A DNA stretch of 63,990 bases, filler included, from Octopus bimaculoides (lineage: Eukaryota): the NCBI RefSeq assembly GCF_001194135.2. It is 5 parts of 3 records of this genome, joined end to end, with 100 filler letters (N's around TTAATTAATTAA, not from the genome) between each part and the next. Parts side by side here need not be neighbours in the genome. Positions count along the whole stretch, not along the records: positions 1 to 19,243 come from NC_068982.1; positions 19,344 to 35,744 come from NC_068989.1; 3 more parts are not named here. One strand, 5' to 3'. Position 1 is the stretch's first letter; each line of letters begins with the position of its first letter. Positions 15,065-27,933 of the stretch are shown piece by piece. The notes under the pieces are model-generated. The model was not told the DNA's origin. It ran no database searches and saw nothing but the letters and a program-made list of their open reading frames with translations. A program made the position numbers and the translations under genes.

Positions 15065-15358
15065 CTGTGTGTGTGTGTATATGTTTGTGTGTCTGTGTTT
15101 GTCCCCCCAACATCGCTTGACAACCGATGCTGGTGTGTTTACGGCCCCCGTAACTTAGTGGTTCGGCAAAAGAGACCGATAGAATAAGTACTAGGTTTAC
15201 AAAGAATAAGTTCTGGGATCAATTTGTTCGACTAAAGGCGGTGCTCCAGCATGGCCGCAGTCAAATGACTGAAACAAGTAAAAGAGTAAAAGAGTAAAGA
15301 GTAATAAAATTTTTTACGGATTCCCATGGGCCATTTGGATCCCAGTCGAAAACCACTG
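14687..15358. mobile_element. hAT-like MITE carrying a nested SINE
   Basis: CAGTGGTT ... AACCACTG termini. Flanks ttctaatt / ctctaatg match at 6/8, consistent with a degenerate 8-bp TSD. Confidence 0.65.
14888..15303 (+). mobile_element. tRNA-derived SINE family A (head, microsatellite, tail ending (AAAGAGT)n); near-complete copy
   Basis: B-box-like GGTTCAGTCCC. Related heads or tails at ~480-640(-), 1190-1800(+), 7480-7850(-), 8080-8230(-), 8821-8970(-), 10750-11515, 19000-19165(+), 45715-46060(-), 48410-49130, 52966-53130(+), 54150-54380(+), 55795-55940(-), 57700-57800(-). Confidence 0.85.
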
Positions 15359-16006
15359 CTCTAATGAGTGTATAAATTTGCAGCTTTTTAACAATCATAT
15401 CTGGTAATGGTGGTGACGAGCAATCAACAAGTGGTTAGGTTGATGTCAGTGAAAAGAATCATATTTCCTGTTATCCAAATATGGTGTTACTCACTTTGAG
15501 AGTTATTCCCTTGTGGTCAATAAACATCTCCTTCCGGCAGAGTGTTATGCCTCCTGTATGGTGACGATTTTATTGCAGATTAAACTCTTATTCTAGACTA
15601 CATGTTTTATGTCATCACATGCGGTGTGTCACCAGAACTAGGATTCATCCCAAAAGCCAGATTGAGGCCAAGATAATAATATAAACTTGTGCTGGGGTTA
15701 AGCCTAGGGGTAATGTTGTTATGCCTACAGTGGCCTACAAAAAGTTTTTAGACACCTGTTGAGTCTTCACTTTGTTTTTCATGTGGTGCCACATAAAAAC
15801 ACCTGTGCAGTGCCACATAAAAGCACTTGTGCCATGTAAAAGCGCTTGTGCCACATAAAGTCACTCATTTGACTGAGTAATCTAAATGCTAAAGGGTTTT
15901 AAAAGAGTTCTATAATAGAGAGGGTTTATCTTCAAATTGGCCAGATCCAGCCTTTCACACCTACCCTACAAAATCGTTTTTAGAATAGACGTTTTTAGAA
16001 TAGACA

Positions 16007-16346
16007 ATCAAACTCAGAATCTTGGGGTTAGTAGCCTGCACTCTTAACCACTACACCATATGCCCGTGGGCATATGGCGTAGTGGGGGCATATGCCCACA
16101 GGCATGAGCGCAGGCTACTAGCCCCAAGATTCCGAGTTCGATTCCAAGCAGTGACCTGAATAATAATAACATCGAAAAATACCTTAGGAAGGAGAACCCA
16201 GGTTCGAAATTTCCTCAAGACACCTGATGAAGGCTGGAGGGTATATCAGCTGAAACGTTGTGTTCACAACAAACAAGATGAGGACAAATATCCGTCAAAT
16301 GTAAATAATGTCCATAATTCCTCATCTTTTAAATATAGAACTGTCT
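16007..16346 (+). mobile_element. Second copy of the tRNA-head/HHR-tail element, left arm truncated
   Basis: Same central palindrome (ccatatgcccgtgggcatatgg), A box TGGCGTAGTGG (16075-16085), B box GTTCGATTCC (16136-16145) and the same 3' tail ending aaatatagaactg. Confidence 0.8.
16219..16264 (+). ncRNA. Minimal (Penelope-type) hammerhead-like motif with intact core
   Basis: GACAC-CTGATGA-A-GGCTG(10 nt)CAGCT-GAAA-CG-TT-GTGTT. Confidence 0.65.
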
Positions 16347-18770
16347 GCCTTTATGTTTGTATTTGTGTTTGGTGAAAGCACATGGCTCAGTGGTTAGGTT
16401 ATTTGGCTCACAATCTTATTGTCATGGGCTCAGTTCCCAGCAATGTGTTGTATCCTTGAACAGGACACTTTATTTCACATTGCTCCAGTTCACTCAGCTG
16501 GAAAAAATAAGTTGTGCTTGTAATTCAAACGGCCAGCCTTGTCACATTCTGTGCCAAACTGAATCTCCTTGAGAACTATGCTAAGAGTATGTGTATCTGT
16601 GGAGTACTCAGCCACTTGCATGTTAATTTCACGAGAAGGCTGTTCTGTTAATTGGACCAACTGGAAGCCTCATCATTGTAACCGATGGAATGCCAGTGTG
16701 TGTTTGTCCCACCACACTGTTTAGCAACTGGTGTTGGTTTGTTTGCTTCCTTGTAATTTAGAAGTTTGGCAGAGACTGACGGAATAAGTGCCGGGCTTAA
16801 AAAAAACAAATTCATTGAACTAAAACCCTTCAAAGCAATGCTCCAGCATGACCACAATCCAGTCCAGTGATTGACACAAGCAACAGATAGAAGATAAAAG
16901 AGAAACTAAACAACTTCTCTTAATAGTATTTAGACATGCGTGTTCCAGAACATTCTATGTCCAATAAACACTTGTGACATTTTACATAAGCTTCTAATAT
17001 TCCATATTTGTCAACTCCATTCTCAATGGAAGAAGACAGAAAACAAAATGATGAAATGTAATAAAATAAGAAAAGTCTTTCTTTTTCCATTTTCCTTCAA
17101 ATTTTTAATCTAAAATTCCAAATGTCTTATTCTTATTGTACATATTTTAGTCAGTAATCATACAGTGTGATAGAGATGAAGTAAGACATTTTTTTGTTGG
17201 GTTTTTTTTTTTTGTCTATTCTTCCAAAATATTCTCTTTAGATGTAGGATAAGCAATTTTTTTAAAGCTAATTTTCTGTTTGGCTACAAGCAGGAAGTAT
17301 GAACAAGAATTTTTCTTCTAGCTTTATTTTATTTTATTTTATTTTATTTTATTTTGCTTCATTTTTCAAGCAAAATTTTTGACACAAACACAGTCAACAA
17401 CATCTGGTACTCTCTGATTCAGCAGTAACTATATTCTCTCATTCACCAAGCTGAACTCACTGTATTTGATAAAATAAAGAGAGGAATTAAACTTGTGATT
17501 ATCAGTCTGTCTTTTTTAGAACAACTCTCATGTAACATTTTTCACAACTTCCTGAACCACTATCCACTAAGCAGATCCTGGCCTACTTTTTTTGTTTAAT
17601 AATATCATATCAAAGCAAATAAGGCCATCATTGGGACAATATCTTCCACGTTGTCTAAGACTGAAAGATGGAAAACTGCCTGAGGCTATATTTTTTTTTT
17701 AAGGCAGCTAGTTATAGAGATTGTTCAGACAGACTCTGGGTTACAAATATCAAACTTAAGAAACATTCTGAGTTATAAACATCATCATCAACCTCCTCTG
17801 TGTCATTGTTTTAATATCCACTTTTCCATGCCTGCATGGGTTGGATAAGATTCACTGAGGCAGATTTTCTATTGCTTCATGCCTTTCCTGTTACCAAATC
17901 TGACCTGTTTCCAATTGAGGAATCAAGGTAATATTTCCCATGTCCAGACATGTTTTCCTTGCAAAACTGGAAACAAATAACATCGCTTGAATGATGAAGA
18001 TGTTCGTTTTACAATCATTATGCAATGTCAAGACAAGGGTACACACAAACATGCAAGCATGCTCCCTCATCATCATCATCATCATCGTTTAACGTCCGCT
18101 TTCCATGCTAACATGGGTTGGACGATTTGACTGAGGACTGGTGAAACCGGATGGCAACACCAGGCTCCAATCTAATTTGGCAGAGTTTCTACAGCTGGAT
18201 GCCCTTCCTAATGCCAACCACTTAGAGAGTGTAGTGGGTGCTTTTACGTGTCACCCGCAGACGTGTATATNNNNNNNNNNNNNNNNNNNNNNNNNNNNNN
18301 NNNNNNNNNNNNNNNNNNNNNNNNNNNNNNNNNNNNNNNNNNNNNNNNNNNNNNNNNNNNNNNNNNNNNNNNNNNNNNNNNNNNNNNNNNNNNNNNNNNN
18401 NNNNNNNNNNNNNNNNNNNNNNNNNNNNNNNNNNNNNNNNNNNNNNNNNNNNNNNNNNNNNNNNNNNNNNNNNNNNNNNNNNNNNNNNNNNNNNNNNNNN
18501 NNNNNNNNNNNNNNNNNNNNNNNNNNNNNNNNNNNNNNNNNNNNNNNNNNNNNNNNNNNNNNNNNNNNNNNNNNNNNNNNNNNNNNNNNNNNNNNNNNNN
18601 NNNNNNNNNNNNNNNNNNNNNNNNNNNNNNNNNNNNNNNNNNNNNNNNNNNNNNNNNNNNNNNNNNNNNNNNNNNNNNNNNNNNNNNNNNNNNNNNNNNN
18701 NNNNNNNNNNNNNNNNNNNNNNNNNNNNNNNNNNNNNNNNNNNNNNNNNNNNNNNNNNNNNNNNNNNNNN

Positions 18771-18812
<42 letters not shown>

Positions 18813-19287
18813 AACGGCAATATACCCTGACTATGGTGACACCATGTAGCCCAAACTGTGGGCTTAACACACTAATTGACATATACCCATTAGTCCCAAA
18901 AATTACACACACACACACACACACTGCCACCACTCTAACAACTCTACCAATATCCTGCTATATATAGAGTCTAAAGAAAGAGGAAATCTGCAATAGGCAT
19001 AGGAGTGGCTGTGTGGTAAGTAGCTTGCTTCCCAACCACATGGTTCTGGGTTCAGTCTCAGGATGTAGCACCTTGGGCAAGTGTCTTCTGCTATAGCGTC
19101 GGGCCAACCAAAACATTGTGAGTAGATTTGGTAGACAGAAACTGAAAGAAGCCCGTTGTATATATGCATATATATATATATATAATATATATATATTATA
19201 TATATATATTATATATATATAATATATATATATTATATATATANNNNNNNNNNNNNNNNNNNNNNNNNNNNNNNNNNNNNNNNNNNN

Positions 19288-19299
19288 TTAATTAATTAA
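19288..19299. other. Assembly linker TTAATTAATTAA inside an N gap (also 35789-35800, 59398-59409, 62634-62645)
   Basis: Identical six-frame-stop 12-mer centred in ~100-nt N blocks four times. Confidence 0.9.
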
Positions 19300-19343
19300 N
19301 NNNNNNNNNNNNNNNNNNNNNNNNNNNNNNNNNNNNNNNNNNN

Positions 19344-19540
19344 CTCTGTGTCTCTTTCAATTACTTTAAATATAACAAAGAATTTAGTAAAATAACTTAG
19401 TTATCATTCAGCTAGTGTTAGGAACATAAATTGTGACTAAGGTTTGGTGGAAGATTTTAATTCAAAACTTATGGAAACAAGACATTTGTACTTCAGAGCC
19501 AGAGAGGTGATTTCAGCTGGGTTAGTAATAAAAGGGTTAA
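19344..19540. mobile_element. Right part of another TTAA/CCCTT-type MITE, left end in a gap
   Basis: Ends in aaagggttaa at 19531-19540. Confidence 0.45.
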
Positions 19541-19666
19541 CTAATTGCAGATATTTGTTTAGTTTAGGAGTTGAATTCTTACTAATTGGTAAGCATTTCT
19601 GTTCTGGCACTACTTCTGCTCCAGTGACATTGTTCTCATCTTTCTTTTCCTTCTCTTCTCGCCCAG

Positions 19667-19808
19667 ATAACCATCCAGCTGGCACTGATGGCTTTTGCAG
19701 AGTTCATACTTCACCTCACTCGCATGAATCCAGACATGATGTATCTTCATCAAGACTGTGGTTTCCTTAATATTGCTTATTTCAAGTTTGATCTTGATGA
19801 TCAATCTG
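19667..19808 (+). CDS. TRRAP: TRRAP coding exon (PIKK pseudokinase region), phase 0 to phase 1
   Basis: Pyrimidine tract + cccag acceptor and G|GTAAG donor. Translates ITIQLALMAFAEFILHLTRMNPDMMYLHQDCGFLNIAYFKFDLDDQS(G), matching recalled human TRRAP FTIQLALIGFAEFVLHLNRLNPEMLQIAQDTGKLNVAYFRFDINDATG. It lacks the PIKK catalytic DRH/DFG motifs, as expected for TRRAP. Not in the ORF track. Confidence 0.95.
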
Positions 19809-20708
19809 GTAAGGATTCTTTGCTTTAGTTTGAAGCTCTTTGGATGTTTATATTTCAAATTTTCATTAAATTTTCATTAAATTTTCACTAATTTCAGTCA
19901 CTGGATTACTGCTAAAGGTTTTAGTTGAAGATATGAACCTCCCTACCACTCCTAATTTCTATTTGCCAAGTGGTTGGGTGATTTTTTTTTTGTTTTTTTT
20001 TTTTAACATTAAGGGACACAAGTACTGGTGATGGTACCATGTAAAAAGCACTGGTGCTGCTGCCACATAAAAAGTACCCAGTACACTCTGTAAAGTGGTT
20101 GGTCTTAAGGAAGGGCATCCAACTGTAGAAACTAGGCCAAAGCAGACTGGAACCTTATATGGCCCCTGGCCTTACCAGCTCCTGTCAAGCTGTCCAACCT
20201 ATGCCAGCATGGAAAACGGATGTTAAATAATATATACTTGCATGGGGCAGATGGGGTTTATTGAGACAGATTTTCTATAGCTGGATGCCCTTCCTCTTGC
20301 CAACTCTTGTTTCCAAGCAAAGTAATGTTTTCTCAAGGCCAGATATACTTGTGTAAAATATTGGAAATGAATGACATTCATTTACAATCACCTGATGTCA
20401 AGAAAAGGGATACACACAAATACACGCACATCTCCAAATCCACTACAAGGGCTTTATATAAGTGTGTGTTAGCATCCATACAGTTTCTGCTTACTAAATA
20501 CCACTTACAAAGTATTAATCAGCTTGAAGTTGCAATAGAAAATGAAGACAACACAGCTTGGTGCCATGCAGTTGGATGGAAATATATGGCTACAAAATAA
20601 ACTTCTTAACCGCTCTACTCAGCCTGTGTCTATGATAAGTTTTCTTAAATTATTTTCCTTTTTGTTTGTTCATTCTACTGAATGGTTGTGTTGTTTTGTT
20701 GGTTCCAG

Positions 20709-20905
20709 GAGAACTTGATGCCAACCGTCCTGTCCCCTTCCGACTGACCCCAAATATTGCTGAATTTCTTACATCGACCGGAGTGACAGGTCCCTTAACT
20801 GCTTCGATGGTGTCAGCAGCACGCTGCTTTGTCCATCCTCAATACAAGGTTCCCAGTTTCCTGCGAGCAATTCTCCGAGATGAATACATTACATGGCACA
20901 AGAAG
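20709..20905 (+). CDS. TRRAP: TRRAP coding exon, phase 1 to phase 0
   Basis: ttccag acceptor and AAG|GTAAG donor. Encodes (G)ELDANRPVPFRLTPNIAEFLTSTGVTGPLTASMVSAARCFVHPQYKVPSFLRAILRDEYITWHKK. Splice phases agree with both neighbours. Confidence 0.97.
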
Positions 20906-21081
20906 GTAAGCATTCAGTTATCCAGCCTAAAATACTGCTTCGAATATGTCTTTGTCCAACCCATGCTTGCATAGAAAAGTGGACATAAAACAAACTAATG
21001 AACTTTCTAAAGATGAGGTTGGTAGCCCAGACAATTATATCGAGATATTTATTGTGAATATTATTTTATAAAAGGTCCTGT

Positions 21082-21380
21082 TTAACCCTTTAGCATTTCA
21101 ACCAACCATGTCTGGCCCAAATATTCTACTTGTTTTATGTTCAAACTGGGCAGATCTAGCTAGTAGAATCATAGAACATTGTAGAATAACCAATAATGTC
21201 ATTCTGAGTTGTAGTGTGCCTGAACACTGTATACAATTTCATCATTATTATTATTATTATTATTATAAATAATCACATCATCAAAATCTCAAAGTCATGA
21301 GATAATGTAGGGTTAATTCAAAACAATGTGAATAAATAAACATTATATTTGATAGAGTAGTCTGAATGCTAAAGGGTTAA
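21082..21380. mobile_element. piggyBac-type MITE in a TRRAP intron
   Basis: TTAA-CCCTTTAGCATT ... AATGCTAAAGGG-TTAA: perfect 12-bp TIRs with TTAA target duplication. Confidence 0.85.
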
Positions 21381-21965
21381 ATACTACTGTTATATACAGA
21401 AATAGGGATGATGTATCATTGCTCTATATTATATCAGGTTCTTGGATCTTTTGGTTACACCCTGACACTGCAAGTCTATCATCATTTCTCCCCTGCTTCC
21501 TTGCTGGAGTAGCCATGTATCTCCTCTACAGCAAAACATCTGCTCCTGTCTCTCTGTTATGTTTCCGTCTCCCAATACCTGGCACCAATTTTGCACCCCC
21601 GACTCCATCAAGAGATCTTGTCTTGTGAAGTATTTGCTGATCTCACTGGTATTGGTGCTATGAAAAGAAGAAAAAAACACTCAGTACTCTCTGTTAAGTA
21701 GTTGGCATTAGGAAGAGCAACCAGCTGAAGAAACCTTGTTAAAACAGACATTGAAGCCCAACACATCCCTCTGTTTAGTCAACTCCTGTCGAACCATCCA
21801 GTCCATACCATTGTGGAAAACAGATATTAGATGATGATGAAGAGGATGGTGGCAGTGCCGTCGTCCACAACTCCCCAGCTAGTTACTCGTTGTTTGTTAT
21901 CCTGATTACTGTCATTTAATTGTTTGTTGGACTGACTTGAATATGATTTGTATGTTGTTTTTCAG

Positions 21966-22071
21966 AAACAAGAGGAAACTAACCCATGTACCCAGCCACC
22001 TGCAATGGAGGGAGAACTTTTAATCAGCCTGGTTAATAAGGCAGTGTCGGCCATTACAACTCGTCTCAACA
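21966..22071 (+). CDS. TRRAP: TRRAP penultimate coding exon, phase 0 to phase 1
   Basis: tttcag acceptor and A|GTAAGT donor. Encodes KQEETNPCTQPPAMEGELLISLVNKAVSAITTRLN. Confidence 0.95.
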
Positions 22072-22335
22072 GTAAGTCTGTTTATTCAATCACTTTTTAC
22101 TTTGTTACATTCAATGTGGTCACTTGCCTGTAATTTTTTGGCTTGGTAACCTTTCCATATTACCAGATGCTAGTGAGTTTTTTTTAACTATTTATACTTA
22201 GTCAGGAAGAAGAGGTAGTGTCTACAGCCCTTTACAGAACCTCTGAGGCTTGTGTGTTTAATATATTTTATAAGGAATTCTCAAAACCATTTCTATTCTC
22301 TTACTCTCTATTTCTTCTCTGTTCTTTTTTTCCAG

Positions 22336-22445
22336 ATCTGGCCACATTTGAAGGTGCTGAAAGTAAAGTGAGTACATTGGTAGCTGCTGCCAATAGCCAC
22401 GACAACTTGTGTCGTATGGACCCAGCCTGGCACCCCTGGTTGTGA
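22336..22445 (+). CDS. TRRAP: TRRAP last coding exon (FATC domain), stop TGA at 22443-22445
   Basis: tccag acceptor. Encodes (N)LATFEGAESKVSTLVAAANSHDNLCRMDPAWHPWL*, the diagnostic TRRAP/Tra1 C-terminus. Confidence 0.98.
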
Positions 22446-22625
22446 GCAATCCCAATTCAAAACCTTTATATTATCAAAGTTTTTGCCCCCCTCGCTTATA
22501 TTATCAACTCTCTCATCCACCACCACCACCACCACTGCCATTGTAGCCACCACTGACCACATCATTGCCATCTTCTTTCATTATTTCTTTTAACTATTCA
22601 TTAAAGAATATTCTGTGTTTGTGTG

Positions 22626-22675
<50 letters not shown>

Positions 22676-22758
22676 CACATGTATGCACATGCATGTATAC
22701 ACATTAAACATTCATCACTGCTTTTGCCATTGTGAGAAAGACTACTCTGAATATAAGG

Positions 22759-22820
<62 letters not shown>

Positions 22821-22860
22821 CAATTAAAAGGGTAAAGGTTTATCAATTTATTAATTTATT

Positions 22861-22866
22861 AATAAA
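22861..22866 (+). terminator. Possible polyadenylation signal for TRRAP
   Basis: AATAAA about 415 nt after the stop codon. The context is AT-rich, so it may be chance; another candidate lies at 24170-24175. Confidence 0.25.
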
Positions 22867-23072
22867 TCAACAATTAATAATTTTTACCAAGCCCTTCGGT
22901 ATGTAAACACCATTATCGGTGGAGGACTTATTTAAAAGTTCTTATACATTTATAAACATAATTAAGGGATAGCATTAGTAATGCTATCTGTTGGAGTCTC
23001 AGCTTTTTTAGCTGCTATTTCTGAACTTCGGTATATGGTGAAGCAAATGTTTGCTGATCCCTTAATTATGTT

Positions 23073-23147
<75 letters not shown>

Positions 23148-23293
23148 AATAATAATGTGTGTATACTCACACACACAGATACACATTCACATATATTCAT
23201 ATATGCATAAATATATACATATATATGTACATAGATAAGTATCTATATATATATGTGAATGTATGTATGCATATATGTATGTGTGTATTTATA

Positions 23294-23352
<59 letters not shown>

Positions 23353-25228
23353 TTTTCTAAGATATGTACTAATGCCAAACATTTGGTAGTGCACCATAGG
23401 TTGGAATGCCAATGAATAAGGAGAGGGTGAGGATGGGTGGATGAACTATTTGCCACGGGAAGAGGCTGTGGGACGGAAGGGTATGTAACGAATTTATGGT
23501 TGACGTATCAACAGTAGAGGGTGTTTGAGAGTGAACAAGTAAAGTTAGTTGGTCCATCATCTGATGTCTGAGTAGACATTGTTCACTCCAGAAGATAGTT
23601 TGACATTTTTTAATTTATTCCATTTGTGTTTTTTTTTTTTGTAAATTTTTGCTTGAATTCTCATTCGTGGATACATGTGTGCAAGAATGTAGCTTTTAAT
23701 CTCACTTCTTTACACTCTTCTCATAGCTCCAACATCAGTGTCTTTGACATTGTCATCATCATCATCGTCGTCATCATATCTCACATTGTTCCCAGATTCC
23801 TCAAATTGATTTGCCGGTTGTTTTTTTTTTTTTTGTTCTGAACACAATCCAGTCCCTTTTCTTATTCTATTTTATAATCTGACAGTATTCTAGATCATAG
23901 TAATATATGAAAGCAGTCGTGAGCATCTCTATTTTTGCACAAATACTTTGTTTGTGTGTATGTGTGCATGCATGTGTGTGTGTGTGTTTGTATATAGAAA
24001 GTGTGACACTGATAATACACAATCATTATGTACAGTAATTATGTGTGTGTTTATACAGACTTATAAAATGGATTTTGCAACTTGCAGATATCTGTATCTA
24101 TCTTCGAAACATCATAAAATGGAAGGAAAACAATGGAGTTTAAGTGAGCTTGGATGTTCAAATGTGTGAAATAAATGAAAAGTATGTGTACATGTACATA
24201 CACCTCACACACACACACACACACGTGTGTTTATATTCAAGATGTTGCAGGTAGTTTGTCTGATGGAAACAACAAACATTATTTTCATTTTGTGCCCACT
24301 AAGACCATTGCTGATACTAATTGAGTGGTCAGCAGATGGACTTTGGTACAAAATTTAAACTTATTTCTGATATTGATAATACTTTTGGATTATTATTATT
24401 ATTTTCTACTTATTTATTTCACTATCCCTCTGTGACATGGTCAGTTGGATTGTCTTCTGCATATCGAGTACTGGAAAAATGATAATTTTTTTCTACTAAG
24501 CTGAGTCAGCAGTGTAGGTTCAATTCCTGTTTGCCAGTGATTTTTAGCCACGAATCAATAACTGGGAGAAAGATTGAAGTGTTTCTTCAGGTTGACTCTA
24601 TATAGATGTCCTTTTTTTTTTTTTTTTTTGTCACTCACAACATTTGTGACATTGAGGTGAAACTGTCAATTGTGACCCAACAACACACATATCAAGATAC
24701 TCTTTTATCTTAAGGCCTGAGCAAATCGTGTGAGTCTAGTGAAGTTTTGGCCACATGATGTCTTCTGTATTTTTAAGAGAGTGAGAGATGAAAGGATGAG
24801 TAAATGAACGAGAGAGAGAGGGGGAAACTGTGTGTGAGATTTACAAATGAGTTGTGAAGGGCTATTTTAAACATCTTGAAATGAATGTATTTCCTGCTGT
24901 AAGCTCTCTTTATTTAAACACTGTTGCTGAGAAAGAAATCCAAGGAACCATGTCTCTGATGGTTTTTGCTGTTGTTCTTCAATTGATTAAAATCTTTTCC
25001 TGCTCACACACACACAAGTTTCTCTGCAACTAAACTGCTCACTGTTTTTCCCTCGAAAAGATGTGACTGTTCACATGTGTGTAAAATCATATATATAAGT
25101 GCATGTGTGTACATTTACATTTACAATTTGAAATTGTGAATTACAGCAATGTCTCTGACATCAGTTAGATTGTGTGTATGTATGTTTGTATTTATATCTG
25201 AATTATTATGCATTATATGTATACATAT

Positions 25229-25484
25229 GTGAAGGCACATGGCTTAGTGGTTAGGGCTTTCAACTCATGATCATAAGGTCGTGAGTTCAATTCCTGGCAA
25301 TGTAGTACTTGTATTTCAAAAGGGCCAGCCTTGTCACCTTCTGTGTCACGCTGAAGTTCCCAGTGAACTATATTAAGGGTACGCGTGTCTGTGGAGTGCT
25401 CAGCCACTTGCATGCTAATTTCACGAGCAAGCTGTTCCGTTGATTGGATCAACTGGAACCCTCGTCATAACCGATGGAGTGCCA
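25229..25484 (+). mobile_element. tRNA-derived SINE family C
   Basis: ggcttagtggttagg A box and gagttcaattcc B box. Shared body at ~9575-9790, 12560-12740 and 16375-16700; partial copies at ~4835-4990 and 27750-27885(-). Confidence 0.8.
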
Positions 25485-26589
25485 GTACACATGTGTATGC
25501 AAATATTCTCATTCGTGTAGTTATTTGATTTAGACAGTGCTGAACCTTCTACAGTAGGCAGTTTACAATTTTAGAAAAATCCCTTTCCAGAATTAAATTT
25601 TATTCTGAATTTTGTTAAATTTCTTCCAGTTAATCCTCAGCTTCTACTATCTACTTTCCATCATCTTTAAACAACCTTCATAATCCACTATGGAAACTGT
25701 CTTCTAATTTAACAAAATATTTTCAACATCAAGTCCATTCCTTACTAAATACGTCTACATATTTCTCTTCCTCTATATTTTCATTCTTTCCTAGCTACAC
25801 CCTCAATCAGTCTTATTTTTGAAACCCTGTTAACCATTTTCTCAAAACCTGTACTCGGATCTCTAATCTTGAATTTCCTTCTACAATTAATCTCTGTATC
25901 CTGTGATCTACCTTTTGGTTTAGCTACAGTGGAATTGTCACTGGAAATAATACTTGCTGAGAGAAACATGGTTGCAGTCTTGAATGTGTGTGCTTGTGTG
26001 TATATGCAAATATGTGTATGCAACAGTACAGACAGTACAGTTCACATGTACAAGACTTGTTGCAGAGATAAGGATGGTTATAATAATGTATGTTGTTATT
26101 ATTGTTGTTAGTGTTGTGTAGTGCCAAGTCAAATCTGACTGAGTAGAGCTATGTTCAAGGTTCATCTTATGGTTAGGATGTTGATGATGATGGTTATAGA
26201 TTATCATGATGACAATGAGAGTATGTAGATGTCTACAGACTGTAATACACCAGTTCTCTTTTGTTACCTTTGAAATGGTTGCTCCCCGATTTTCATGGCA
26301 GATAGCCAGGTTGGTAATGGCAATTCATTGAAATATAACCAAAGAATAAATGGTGCTTTGGAAAAGAGTGTACACAATCTGATAGAAGTGGTTATTGTTG
26401 AATGGATGTAATGAATATTCTTTCCTTGTTCCTATTTCTCAAATGGAGGACTGGAGGAAGCTGGCTGAGATGTCAGTTGTGTGCAATGGAGTGGGACACA
26501 GGATGGTGCTGGTTGAGATACGCTCTCATCAAATGGTGGTAAGACGAAGGCCCTTCAGCTGGTTCTGGGCACAACGGGTATACTGGCCA

Positions 26590-26640
<51 letters not shown>

Positions 26641-27884
26641 CCTCAATCTGAAATGATGGCAAGTTGAATGTTCTTGGTCTAAAGCCAACTACACCAATTA
26701 CAATAATGGCATGGTGAAGATTGTTAACATGATGGCTAAATGAAACCATCTGAGAGAGCTCTAGGTTGAAAGTGTTGTGAAATAAGTAAAGATGTTAATC
26801 TTATGATGAGGGCATCATCAGGGTAATTCCTCTATTGATACAATGAATTAGGGAAGTTGTTAATATCACATATCACACTTACATAATTTGTAATTAATTT
26901 AAATTTCAAAGTTATCTCCCTGACCTTTCTTGATCAGAATTATTTCAATGGTTGTTTTTCTTCCCTGTTCCCCCCCACATTATGTTAACATCCACTTATT
27001 TACTTGATTTTTAAAAAATTTTTATGCATATAGTGTCCCTGGGTAGTTCTCCACTTTCCAGTCATTATTTTGAGATCAGTACTGCTTGACTGATTGATTT
27101 TAGAAAAACTGTTGAGGTGGATGTGATTTAACTCCTCGGGTGACATGACCTATAGCTGTTGCTTTGTCAAAAAATGTTCTCCTTGTGCACCCTGTCTGGT
27201 TGATGGCTACAATGTTTGCAGGGTATTAGCGCTACAGCCTGATGGTTTGTTGTCCTCACCTCTTACAGGGAAACAAGCTATGCATTAACTGAGTACAGTA
27301 TGGTGGAAGTGGGGGTAATAGCCAATGCAGGGGTTTGCCCTCACACTCATCCCTGTCTCCCTTGTGGTGCAAGCTTGTTGGTCTTGATGTGCAGTGGACA
27401 GCCTTGTAAAAGAAGCTGCGCGATATTAGTGCCCTGGAGAACATTCTCTTCCTCTAGGTAAACAATATTTGTCTTAGTGAACTGAAGTGGCAGGGATGAG
27501 GTATATACTGATGCAGGGAGATACCTCCCCCTTCTGCTCTTCTTCCTTTACAGTGTGCATTTGTAAAGCATGTTCTTTGATGAACATGCAGAGTGCAACG
27601 AATAGGTGCATATGCTAAAGGCAAGAAAAAGAACGTATGTGCTGTGGTCTTTGTCAGAAAAACAAATGTGTGCATCTTGGCTCTTTGTCGGTTACGGCAA
27701 TGAGTGTTCCGGTTGATATGATCTTTGAAATACAAGTTCAACTCGTTTTTTTTCCAGCTGAGTGGACTGTAGCAGCAAGAAATAAAGTGTCTTGCTCAAG
27801 GACACAATGCACCACTGGGAATCAAACTCACAGCCTTACGATCATGAGCCGAATACCCTGGCTACTAAGCCATATGCCTTCTTC

Positions 27885-27933
<49 letters not shown>

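Noticed and set aside
22885-22925. Hammerhead-like trace on the minus strand (CCGATAAT-GGT..ACC-GAAG) downstream of TRRAP
   Set aside because: Several core positions deviate, so it is too decayed to call.
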